A stretch of 38,660 bases of DNA. It comes from a virus (Duplodnaviria; Caudoviricetes). The first letter of the stretch is position 1; every line of letters starts with the position of its first letter. The DNA lies in IMG/VR virus record IMGVR_UViG_3300003375_000062, positions 1-38,660 of that record, one strand, 5' to 3'. Shown in pieces: positions 1-8,792 of the stretch. Made by a program: the position numbers and the translations under genes. A model generated the notes under the pieces. The model searched no databases and was not told the DNA's origin. It worked only from the letters and a program-made list of their open reading frames with translations.

Positions 1-240
1 CACGGTCAGTACAAAGGACACATTTATACCCATTATCTTGGATGGCTATACGGCGGTCAGATGATAGCAAAAAACATTTCTCTGCCAACGCATCATTTAA
101 AATTTGATAACGTAAAAGCGTGTGTTGATTATGTCAGGGATAAGGTCTTGGTTTATCTAACCGATTACGACAAAACCGAGGCACGCAAAGCGTTTGAATA
201 TACACTTAAAATATATCAAGAACTTTATGAATTGCATTGA
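1..240 (+). CDS. hemO: Heme oxygenase, C-terminal part (5'-truncated by window edge; not in ORF track)
   Basis: Frame 1 reads HGQYKGHIYTHYLGWLYGGQMIAK...EARKAFEYTLKIYQEL*. Matches the HO distal-helix motif H-x-Y-x-x-Y-L-G-D-L-S-G-G-Q and the C-terminal E-A-x-x-A-F helix. Overlaps the bilin reductase start. Confidence 0.85.
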   Translation, partial: HGQYKGHIYTHYLGWLYGGQMIAKNISLPTHHLKFDNVKACVDYVRDKVLVYLTDYDKTEARKAFEYTLKIYQELYELH

Positions 241-841
241 TACGGTTGACAGCATAGCTAGAAGATTACTGCATGTAATCCAGAATCAGCACGATGCGTA
301 TGCAATAGACACCCATGATTACGGATGGGAAAATTACAGATATCGCAGTCCTAAATTTAGATTAGGACATGTACAAATTTTCAAACAACAGAAATTTGCT
401 GCAATACATTGCTGCGTGTTTCCGCATTACAATGATCCGGCTCCAATTTATGGATTTGATGTTGTGGCCGGTGAAAATAAAATAACCGGTGTTTTTATGG
501 ACCTTAGCCCAATCGTCGCGCCAACTAAACCATTCACCGAAATAAACATAGGTCGCATACGGGATCGCCCCGAATGGGGCGATATATTTTCGCCACATTG
601 GCTTGCATGTCGGCCATCGATGGAAGAAATGCATGAAATCGGCAATGAAGCTGTAAGGGTACTGACCTGCTATCTCTCCACGCTGGGAGATATAGCTGAC
701 CGAGATGCTGTGATAACAGGTCAAAATCATTACTGCATGCAACAACAGCGCAATCAGCACACACGGCGAGCGTTGTCAAACATCCTCGGAGAAACCGGTG
801 CAGATGACTACATGAGCAAGATTTTGTTTCCTACAATTTGA
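227..841 (+). CDS. Ferredoxin-dependent bilin reductase, PcyA/PcyX lineage
   Basis: FRLGHVQ...IHCCVFP...PIYGFDVVAG...FMDLSP...RPEWGDIFS...QNHYCMQQQRNQHTRRAL follows the PcyA pattern. ATG 227 overlaps the HO end. Confidence 0.9.
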   Translation: MNCIDTVDSIARRLLHVIQNQHDAYAIDTHDYGWENYRYRSPKFRLGHVQIFKQQKFAAIHCCVFPHYNDPAPIYGFDVVAGENKITGVFMDLSPIVAPTKPFTEINIGRIRDRPEWGDIFSPHWLACRPSMEEMHEIGNEAVRVLTCYLSTLGDIADRDAVITGQNHYCMQQQRNQHTRRALSNILGETGADDYMSKILFPTI

Positions 842-954
842 CTTTACCACTTTGTGCTTACATAAATACATTGTAATCGATGTGATATCGGTTGCAATGG
901 TAGCGAAGACCTAGAGGTGATTCTAGGCATGTGATAAAACCAAAGGAGGAAAAC

Positions 955-1716
955 ATGAATCTACCCAATCCGTTCCCTGGCATAGCAGTGAATGCAGCCG
1001 CAGCAGGCCAAGTTTCAACCCCAACACCAGAAAATTATAAATTCAAGAAAGCTGGCAAGAATGGCACGCTTATTACCATTGTGCTGGATGAAAGCGGCAG
1101 CATGAATAGCTGCTGGGATACAACCATCTCAGGCTTTAATGAATTTGTACAAGGTCAGCGCAGCGCGGAAGCCAGCGCAGGAGCAGGATATCTGACCCTT
1201 ATCAAGTTTGATAGTCCACATATCAAAACCGTTTTCAACAATCGTCCACTAAATGAAGTTCCGCTGCTAGACAGGAAGAACTACACTCCAAATGGCGGAA
1301 CCAATCTGCTTGACGCCATTGGCAATGCTATTGAGTCAGTTAACACGGTGCTATCTGCCAGCAAAAAGAAGGACCGCCCCGGCGTCATCATCACCATCAT
1401 GACTGATGGTGCCGAAAATGCATCAACCAGATACAACAATGAAAAGATCAAGGCAATGGTTGCAGCGGCAGAAAAAGCTGATTGGACCTTTACTTTCCTT
1501 GGTGCAAACATTGACGCATTTGCGGTAGGCAGCACTTTTGGTATGAACGCCAGTAACAGCGTGAATTACAGCACTAACAACATGACAGCCACGATGACTG
1601 CCCTTAGTGAAAGCACATCGCGCATGCGATTTGCAAAAACCGCTGGAGTAAGCACGGCTGACCTTTATGCCCAGGGCCTTTATACGTCCTCTGAGCTAAA
1701 AAGCATGAAGGAGTGA
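955..1716 (+). CDS. von Willebrand factor A (vWA) domain protein
   Basis: MIDAS motif LDESGSM, GGTNLLDAIG, IMTDGAEN, FLGAN; AGGAGG RBS before ATG 955. Confidence 0.9.
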   Translation: MNLPNPFPGIAVNAAAAGQVSTPTPENYKFKKAGKNGTLITIVLDESGSMNSCWDTTISGFNEFVQGQRSAEASAGAGYLTLIKFDSPHIKTVFNNRPLNEVPLLDRKNYTPNGGTNLLDAIGNAIESVNTVLSASKKKDRPGVIITIMTDGAENASTRYNNEKIKAMVAAAEKADWTFTFLGANIDAFAVGSTFGMNASNSVNYSTNNMTATMTALSESTSRMRFAKTAGVSTADLYAQGLYTSSELKSMKE

Positions 1717-1722
1717 TCCAAA

Positions 1723-2601
1723 ATGTTTGATACCACAAGACAATATGAGCTTACTGTTCGGCCTTTGGGTAGAAATCCAGCGGATGAATACTTCCATAAT
1801 GGTGCAATCTGGATCGAAGGGCGAGAAGGCAATAGCTATACCATCGATTTGACCAACAGATCCAACCATCGGGCACTGTTTATCCTCAGCGTGGATGGTC
1901 TCGATGTGCTGGAAGGTAAGCCCGCTGGGCTGGACAGCCAGGGATATGTGATTCCTGCAGGTCAGACCATTTCCGTCCCCGGATGGAAGGTGAATGACCA
2001 GCAGGCTGCTGAGTTCTTCTTCAGCCGCAGCAGAGAAAGCTATGTCAACAGCATAGGCGGATCTACCACCAATACAGGTGTTATAGGTGCCATGGTATTC
2101 CAAGAATATCAAGATCCAGCAATCAGCCCGTTTGACATTGTTAGGTATTACAGTGGTAATTCTACTAACCATAATACACGCATGTATTCTCCAATCGTTC
2201 CTAACAATACATGGATTAACAACAGTCTATCCGCTGGTACGCCAATAAATTCTGCAACAGTTCAAGCTGCTGTGGCAAATAATGCAATGAACGAAGCTTA
2301 CCCTTGTGTTGGCGAAGTAAAAACCAGCGGAGGTATTTTAAGACAAAACTATGTAAGCCAAGAAGTTGGCACAGGTTTTGGTAATGCTACAGAGTGGCAA
2401 ACGGTATCAACCCAATTTAGGCGCAATAATCCTACCCAACCAGACACGATCATGGCCATCTATTACAATACCGCAAGGAACTTGGAAAAGATGGGCATTA
2501 GGCTCCGTAGAAAAAACGACGTACAATACAAAGCCAATCCATTTCCAGCATACTCATCAACCTCACCGGGGTGCCCAACACCACCGGGTTGGAAACCGTA
2601 A
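1723..2601 (+). CDS. Conserved hypothetical protein (LSVDGLDV...GYVI...VPGW family)
   Basis: 292-aa ORF, GAAGGAG RBS, coupled to the vWA gene, followed by a hairpin. Confidence 0.75.
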   Translation: MFDTTRQYELTVRPLGRNPADEYFHNGAIWIEGREGNSYTIDLTNRSNHRALFILSVDGLDVLEGKPAGLDSQGYVIPAGQTISVPGWKVNDQQAAEFFFSRSRESYVNSIGGSTTNTGVIGAMVFQEYQDPAISPFDIVRYYSGNSTNHNTRMYSPIVPNNTWINNSLSAGTPINSATVQAAVANNAMNEAYPCVGEVKTSGGILRQNYVSQEVGTGFGNATEWQTVSTQFRRNNPTQPDTIMAIYYNTARNLEKMGIRLRRKNDVQYKANPFPAYSSTSPGCPTPPGWKP

Positions 2602-2607
2602 TATAAA

Positions 2608-2645
2608 GGCGGAGGGATATTAACCCCTCCGCCAAACTCTTTATT
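2608..2645 (+). terminator. Probable intrinsic terminator
   Basis: GGCGGAGGG-atattaac-CCCTCCGCC stem just after the stop codon; weak T-tract follows. Confidence 0.65.
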
Positions 2646-2699
2646 GCTATACCCATTACAGGCACAACACTATTCAATCTACTTACAAGATGACCTGTT

Positions 2700-3130
2700 A
2701 TAGTGGTAATTGGCAACCACTTGCGGAAGGGACGGTACCCCGTCAGGAACGCAAAAATATGAGCGCATCATCCGCTCGACCGGGAAGTATCGACTGTCCT
2801 TATGGTGAAAATATCTCCAGTCCGAGCCCGGTATAGTCTGACCAAGTAAAGGAATAGGTCATCAAAATCATCGCGCTATGTGAAGCATAGCATACTAACG
2901 GATCGCTCTATCTACCATTGATAACGATCAAGAGCATGCAAGGTTGATCGGTTCCCTTGTGTGTTTTCCGCTGCTGAACATTGAGTTCAGGATGTGCATG
3001 TGATGCTGGTACCGGGCAACCGCCAGCGATTTAAAAAAAAATCAAGCATGAAAACTGGTCTGTGATTACTGCCTGTACGCAGAGTTTTTCATAAAACATT
3101 CTCCTTCGCTAACGCGAGGGAGATATGGTC
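2700..3130 (+). ncRNA. Candidate large structured non-coding RNA, family unassigned
   Basis: ORF-free gap with about ten consecutive hairpins, G-U pairs and a GCAA tetraloop on the + strand; extended -10 element TGnTATAGT at 2696-2704. Confidence 0.6.
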
Positions 3131-3242
3131 TATGAACCCAACCAACCGCAAAAGTCCTAGAAGAAGAAAGATATCTGCATCACAGGCAACAGTATCTTAT
3201 AATCAACTCACGCAAGATCGCCCAAACTATCAGGAGATACAT

Positions 3243-4457
3243 ATGTTACCCACACAAAAAATCGCAGTAATTGGTTCAGGAATCGCTGGTATAACAGCAG
3301 CCTATCAGCTAGCCCGCAGAGGACACAGCGTAACTGTCTTTGACAAGGAACGATACCCCGCAATGATGACCAGCTATGCCAATGGAGGGCAGCTGAGCGT
3401 GTGCAATAGCCAAACATGGAACACCTGGAGCAACATGGCCAAGGCAATGGCATGGCTCTTCAAGAAAGACGCTCCTTTGTACATCAGTCCCTCCATGGAT
3501 CTTGATAAGATACAATGGCTATATCACTTTTTCGTCACCACCGCCAGGGGTCAATTTGAAAAAAATACCGCAGAGACCATTCGCCTAGGATTGGCCAGCC
3601 GCTGGGAGCTGCTTGAAATAGCAGCAACAGAAAACATAAGTTTTGATCATGTAAGCAAGGGCATACTGCACATTTATACCAACCGCAAGAGCTTCACCTC
3701 CGCGTTTGACAGCGAGCGCATCATGCTCGCAAATGGCTGCGAGTGGCACATAATAAACCCGCAGGAGTGCATGCGCCTAGAACCATCATTGTCTAATCAA
3801 CCTGCATTGATAGGTGGTGTTTACACCAAAAGTGACAGCACGGGCGATATACACATGTTTGTTAATTCACTTGCTGATGTGTTGCAAAGGAAATACAACG
3901 TGGCCTTTTGTTTTGACCACGATGCAAATGATGTCAATGTAAGTGATCACGGGGTTGTCATCAAGGACACCGCGTTTGACAGGGTGGTGGTGGCTGCCGG
4001 TGTGCAGAGCCGAATGCTCAGCAAGAAGTTTGGCGATAATTTTCCAATCTATCCTGTCAAGGGTTACAGCATAACGGTTTACCTGCTTGATGATCGCAGC
4101 CGCGCCGCTGCCCCTTGGGTGAGCCTGTTGGATGAGGATGCAAAAATAGTCAGTTCCAGGTTAGGACCAAATCGCCTCAGGGTGGCAGGTACGGCTGAAC
4201 TATCAGGTTATAACCTTGATATCAAGCAGGAAAGGCTACAGCCGTTGCTCAACTGGACTCGCAATTGGTTTCCGGATATAGATACCAGATCATATCGTCC
4301 ATGGGCCGGTTTGCGACCAATGATGCCCAACATGATGCCCATCGTTGGCCCGGGCAAACATCCCCGCGTATGGTATCATACCGGTCATGGACATTTGGGT
4401 TGGACCCTATCGGCAGGTACCAGCGTGGATCTCGCAAACATGATGGAAAACGGTTGA
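3243..4457 (+). CDS. dadA: D-amino acid dehydrogenase (FAD-dependent)
   Basis: IAVIGSGIAGITAAY, TSYANGGQLS, IYPVKGYS, WAGLRPM, GHGHLGWTLS; AGGAG RBS at 3232-3236. Confidence 0.9.
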   Translation: MLPTQKIAVIGSGIAGITAAYQLARRGHSVTVFDKERYPAMMTSYANGGQLSVCNSQTWNTWSNMAKAMAWLFKKDAPLYISPSMDLDKIQWLYHFFVTTARGQFEKNTAETIRLGLASRWELLEIAATENISFDHVSKGILHIYTNRKSFTSAFDSERIMLANGCEWHIINPQECMRLEPSLSNQPALIGGVYTKSDSTGDIHMFVNSLADVLQRKYNVAFCFDHDANDVNVSDHGVVIKDTAFDRVVVAAGVQSRMLSKKFGDNFPIYPVKGYSITVYLLDDRSRAAAPWVSLLDEDAKIVSSRLGPNRLRVAGTAELSGYNLDIKQERLQPLLNWTRNWFPDIDTRSYRPWAGLRPMMPNMMPIVGPGKHPRVWYHTGHGHLGWTLSAGTSVDLANMMENG

Positions 4458-4481
4458 CATGCATGAAATTCATGCTATTGT
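4454..4481 (+). promoter_or_regulatory. Sigma70-like promoter with palindromic spacer
   Basis: TTGACA-16 nt-TATTGT; spacer contains GCATGAA-A-TTCATGC. Confidence 0.45.
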
Positions 4482-4509
4482 AATGGCTGAAACACCGAGG
4501 GATGATACC

Positions 4510-5862
4510 ATGAAAACCGCTGCTGATGTTGTTTTGGCCCTGGAGGCTACGTCCGGACGTCTTGATAAGGAGCGCATCGTGCAGGCCGCCTGGGACGCTG
4601 GTATCCTGGAGTTTTTCCAGGGTGCGCTCATGAGCCTGGATGCGCTACGCACCTATGGGGTCAAAAAAGTGCCATTGATTGAAGGTGCGGATGATCCAAA
4701 CTTTTTATCTGGCCTTACATGGGACAAGTTTGTGGACATTGCTGGCAAGCTTGAGGCTCGCCAGCTGACTGGAAATGCAGCTCGCGATGTTTTGCGCGCT
4801 GCTGCGTCAGCAGCATCGGCAAAGGATTGGAACGGTTTTTACAGGCGTGTGCTGCTGAAGGATCTAAAATGTGGTGTCACCGAAACCACCATCAATAAAA
4901 TACTGGAAAAAAATGGTGACAGCGCGGCTCCATATATCATTCCGGTGTTTTCTTGCCAGCTGGCCAAAAATGGCGAAGACCATCCAAAGAAAATGTCAGG
5001 ACCAAAGCTGCTGGATATCAAGCTTGATGGGGTTAGGATCATCAGCATCCTTGATAAGGAAAAGAATACTGTTACCCAGTACAGCCGAGATGGACGTTTG
5101 AATGAAAATTTCCCGCATATCGCTGCACAACTGGCCAAACTGCTGCCCTCCATCACAACCAGCATGGTATTTGATGGCGAAATGGTCAGCCGTTCATTCC
5201 AAGCCCTGATGAAACAACTGAAACGCAAGGATGATGTTGATACAACTGATGCCAAGCTGGCGCTGTTCGACTGCTTGCCATTGTCGGATTTCCTTGCAGG
5301 CGAATGCACGCTAACGCAAACGCAACGCCATGCTGCATTGGTTGAGTTTCAGCCCTTGCTGGCGCAGATCAGCAACGGCAGCGTTTATGTCGTGCCCAAG
5401 CTTTCGGTGAATCTCAGCACTGAGTCAGGACAGATCACGTTCAAGGAGTTCAATCGTGATACGGTTGCAGCTGGTTATGAGGGTATCATGATCAAGGATC
5501 CCCAGGCTACCTATCGTACCAAACGCACGGATGCTTGGTTGAAGATCAAACCCTTCATCACGGTTGATCTTGCCATCGTTGCGGTTGAACCAGGCGAACC
5601 TGGTTCAAAATTTGCCAACACCATGGGCGCTGTTTTGTTTGAAGGCGAGGACCAGGGGCGTAAGATCCGTGTCAGCGTTGGCAGCGGATGGAGAGATGAT
5701 CTACGAAACGCGATCTGGGCCAATCGTTCGTTGGTGATTGGTAGGATCTGTGAGATCAAAGGTGATGCACTGACCCTAAACCAGAGCAGCGATGACGTAT
5801 ATAGCCTGCGTTTCCCTGTCTTCATGCAGTTTCGAGGCTGGGAACCCGGGGAAAAGATCTAA
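4510..5862 (+). CDS. lig: ATP-dependent DNA ligase
   Basis: KLDGVR adenylation motif, FDGEM, EGIMIKD, WLKIKP, SLRFPVF. Confidence 0.95.
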   Translation: MKTAADVVLALEATSGRLDKERIVQAAWDAGILEFFQGALMSLDALRTYGVKKVPLIEGADDPNFLSGLTWDKFVDIAGKLEARQLTGNAARDVLRAAASAASAKDWNGFYRRVLLKDLKCGVTETTINKILEKNGDSAAPYIIPVFSCQLAKNGEDHPKKMSGPKLLDIKLDGVRIISILDKEKNTVTQYSRDGRLNENFPHIAAQLAKLLPSITTSMVFDGEMVSRSFQALMKQLKRKDDVDTTDAKLALFDCLPLSDFLAGECTLTQTQRHAALVEFQPLLAQISNGSVYVVPKLSVNLSTESGQITFKEFNRDTVAAGYEGIMIKDPQATYRTKRTDAWLKIKPFITVDLAIVAVEPGEPGSKFANTMGAVLFEGEDQGRKIRVSVGSGWRDDLRNAIWANRSLVIGRICEIKGDALTLNQSSDDVYSLRFPVFMQFRGWEPGEKI

Positions 5863-6071
5863 TGTGCGTCGCGTTCGTGAATGAATTTTCTGATGACGTC
5901 AAGCAGCTAGCGCTTGACTGCGTTTATGACAAAAATCTATACGATAAACACAGCGATCACATGCTGGTGTATGCTGCATTCGTAGATAACGAGGTACAAA
6001 ATTATCTACATGTTCTGGCAAAATGTGAATGGGATACAACATGGGCGTCGCTTGTATGGGATCACAAATGA
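5862..6071 (+). CDS. Hypothetical protein
   Basis: TAATG stop/start coupling at both ends. Confidence 0.6.
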   Translation: MCVAFVNEFSDDVKQLALDCVYDKNLYDKHSDHMLVYAAFVDNEVQNYLHVLAKCEWDTTWASLVWDHK

Positions 6072-6361
6072 TGCATGATGAAACATTTGAGGGATATCCA
6101 AGACCCGATCTCATCCAGTACGTGATGGATTCATCCGTTGTCATTCCTGAGGAAAAGATGCAACACCATGACGACATGGTCCAGTGGCTGACTGAGAAAT
6201 TTGAAGAGCCGCGTGCAGGTGATATTTTATGGGAAGCAATGGAAGGCCACCTGGACTATTTTGAAGGTGCTTGGTGCTTTCTACACGGTTATCAGCCTAG
6301 CTCACTGGTTTGGTTTGCCAGGAAGCAGGATCGCACGCTTTTTTCATTGACATGGTTATAA
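6071..6361 (+). CDS. Hypothetical protein
   Basis: Coupled ATGATG start; ends WFARKQDRTLFSLTWL, typical of small phage proteins. Confidence 0.6.
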   Translation: MHDETFEGYPRPDLIQYVMDSSVVIPEEKMQHHDDMVQWLTEKFEEPRAGDILWEAMEGHLDYFEGAWCFLHGYQPSSLVWFARKQDRTLFSLTWL

Positions 6362-6375
6362 GGTAGACAAATACC

Positions 6376-6711
6376 ATGGGAAGATTTATAGAAATAACCG
6401 CATTGAAAGATCACCAAGCATCCGAATGGGCGATTCCTAGGAATTTGTTGGTATTTGACCAACGAGAGCCGCGTTGGCCAAATGATTTGTTTCCCTATGA
6501 GCATACAATAAACGATTTTTTCTTACAAGATGGGAAGATCAAGGTAGCAATCCGTAGATTTTGCGAAAGAAGCTGTCAGGGAGACGTGGCGGTGGAAAAT
6601 ATCTATACCAATAACGGATATAGATCATCATGGAGATTTTGGTTTGAGCTTGACACTGACCAAAAAATGTTTTATGATGCATGGCAAAATCTCATACTGG
6701 AATCAATCTAA
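6376..6711 (+). CDS. Hypothetical protein
   Basis: AAGG RBS; stop overlaps the uvsE start. Confidence 0.6.
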   Translation: MGRFIEITALKDHQASEWAIPRNLLVFDQREPRWPNDLFPYEHTINDFFLQDGKIKVAIRRFCERSCQGDVAVENIYTNNGYRSSWRFWFELDTDQKMFYDAWQNLILESI

Positions 6712-7733
6712 TGACGCAGCGCATAGGATTTGCATGCAAATACATGCTTAACTCTGATGTCAAGAAATCCAAAGCCATCCTAGAATCTGAACGTGCGGTT
6801 AACACCGGCAGCACAACAGTTGCATGGCTCAATCGCCAGCCAAGGGCAGCGGCCGAATTGAAGCTCTGGCAGGTCGCAAAGCACAATCTAACCAGTGTGC
6901 AAGGTGTTTTGAAGCTGGTAGCAGGCATGGATCCATGCCTGCGCATGATGCGCTTGTCTAGCGATCTGTTACCAATGTATACCGAAGCAAACTGGGGTTA
7001 TTTTTGGCAACAGCCGGATGTTAAAAGATTTTGCGAAAGAGAATTTGCTATAATTGGCGATTTTGCCCGCGCACATGACATTAAATTGAGCTTCCATCCC
7101 GGACAATTCTGTGTTTTGGCCAGCTCTGATGCCCAAATAGTTGAACGTAGCATTGCCGAATTTGAATATCATGTGGACATGGCGCGCATGATGGGCTATG
7201 GTGCCACATGGCATGATCATGGTTTCAAGATCAATGTCCACATTTCGGGCCGAGAAGGTCCGTTTGGTGTTCTTGGTGCACTCCACGTAATGACGCCCGA
7301 AGCACGCAATCTTATTACAATTGAAAATGACGAAAATAGCTGGGGAATTGACGCAAGTCTTGAGCTGGAAAAGCATGTTGCGTTGGTTCTTGACATACAT
7401 CATCACCTGCTGCACAGCAGCGGCGAGTATATCAAACCATCAGACGATCGCTGCAAGCGTATCTTTGATAGCTGGCGCGGGGTAAGACCAACAATACATT
7501 ATAGTCTCAGCCAGGAAGAGCTCATCGGGCAGCAATCACAAGCTGGATTGCCCAACTGGGACCAGGTGTTAGCCAAGCACAGCAAGGCCAAGCTGCGTGC
7601 TCACAGCAATGATGCGTGGAATGAGCATTTTAACCAATGGGCACTTGAATTCTGGCCCTATGCTGACATCATGGTCGAAGCTAAATTCAAGAATCTCGCT
7701 AGCCATAGGTTGCTCATGCAAGCTGTTGCCTAG
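6711..7733 (+). CDS. uvsE: UV damage endonuclease (UVDE)
   Basis: RIGFACK, RLSSDLLP, LSFHPGQF, ITIENDE, LDIHHH, RAHS, MVEAKFKNLA. Confidence 0.95.
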   Translation: MTQRIGFACKYMLNSDVKKSKAILESERAVNTGSTTVAWLNRQPRAAAELKLWQVAKHNLTSVQGVLKLVAGMDPCLRMMRLSSDLLPMYTEANWGYFWQQPDVKRFCEREFAIIGDFARAHDIKLSFHPGQFCVLASSDAQIVERSIAEFEYHVDMARMMGYGATWHDHGFKINVHISGREGPFGVLGALHVMTPEARNLITIENDENSWGIDASLELEKHVALVLDIHHHLLHSSGEYIKPSDDRCKRIFDSWRGVRPTIHYSLSQEELIGQQSQAGLPNWDQVLAKHSKAKLRAHSNDAWNEHFNQWALEFWPYADIMVEAKFKNLASHRLLMQAVA

Positions 7734-7767
7734 TCGCTAAATAAGGCTACATTATTTGGAGACTGCA

Positions 7768-8712
7768 ATGAATCTTGGCCAGCTTAGTAATCCAGTTATA
7801 GCCTTAATTACGCCGCGTATGCCTATTGATATGGATGCGGTATCGAGCCTCAGTCCGGAGATTGCACGCCATCTCAATGCGTTGTGTAATCTCTGCGATC
7901 ACATACCAAATAGCGATAATCTTAAGGGTCAAATAGAAGACCTAAAATCACTTTTTGCTACCTATGTGCCCATGCAGGACAATATGTTGGAAAAGGATGC
8001 AGTAGCAGAAGGCGTTGTGTATCGGGTTGATGACGAGGACCCAATGAATAAAAGCGAAATCAAAATACTTGGTGGTGCAGGCCGTTATTCCATGGCAGGT
8101 CTTCGTAACAAAGCGGCGCGTGAAGCGGCACAGCTAGCAGACGATCTATCCGGCAAATATGTTGATTACAAGGGTGCAGCCCATGCGGTAAAACAGGTCG
8201 CCAACACCATAAACACCATGGTAGCAGCACTTGAAGAGCTATCAGAATATGAATCAGAACCATATCTTGAAGAACAAATGGTCAGGCACGACGCCCTTAA
8301 ATCCGTTGGTATGTTGCGCAACGAACTGGTAAAATACGGTCGTACCGGTAAACCGTTGACGGATGAAGCTGTTAATAAAATAATGCAGGATGTGCTGAAT
8401 AAAACCGAGCACACTGATATTAACAGCCTGTTACAAACATGGAAAAGCAGTAAAGCAGGCCTAACCCCGTTGCAATGGGCCCGTCAATCACCTGATATAC
8501 ATGATAAAACCATACATAATACCCAAGTCAATGCACCAATAGATGAGAGCGTTCGCGATCTCTGCGTGATTGAAATGTACGAAACCATGAAAGTTGGCCT
8601 TGGAGACCGTGCCTGGGTGGCAATTTCGAAACGTCTCAAGGCCGAAGGACATGATCCTGGGTTGATCGAGGCAGTTATAAATCGTGCAATTGTGCTGTGC
8701 TCAGGTGCCTAA
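7768..8712 (+). CDS. Hypothetical protein (late, possibly virion)
   Basis: GGAG RBS; TAAATA at 7738-7743 upstream. Confidence 0.65.
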   Translation: MNLGQLSNPVIALITPRMPIDMDAVSSLSPEIARHLNALCNLCDHIPNSDNLKGQIEDLKSLFATYVPMQDNMLEKDAVAEGVVYRVDDEDPMNKSEIKILGGAGRYSMAGLRNKAAREAAQLADDLSGKYVDYKGAAHAVKQVANTINTMVAALEELSEYESEPYLEEQMVRHDALKSVGMLRNELVKYGRTGKPLTDEAVNKIMQDVLNKTEHTDINSLLQTWKSSKAGLTPLQWARQSPDIHDKTIHNTQVNAPIDESVRDLCVIEMYETMKVGLGDRAWVAISKRLKAEGHDPGLIEAVINRAIVLCSGA

Positions 8713-8792
8713 TTGCGTGTTTTTCTATGTAGCGTTTTTATATCCTGCTGAACCATAAATAACAACAGCTACATAAGGGATAAGGCGTACCA

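Noticed and set aside
2700-3130. tRNA, tmRNA, RNase P, HEARO/omega RNA or group II intron identity for the structured region
   Set aside because: No GTTCRA T-loop or CCA end, no GAGGAAAGTCC, no adjacent IscB/HNH or RT gene, and no domain V catalytic triad.
3118-3200. Glycine riboswitch upstream of dadA
   Set aside because: GGAGA...GAAGAAG...CAGGCAA resembles the consensus, but CCGAAG, CUCUCAGG and a closing P1 are missing; at most a degenerate relic.
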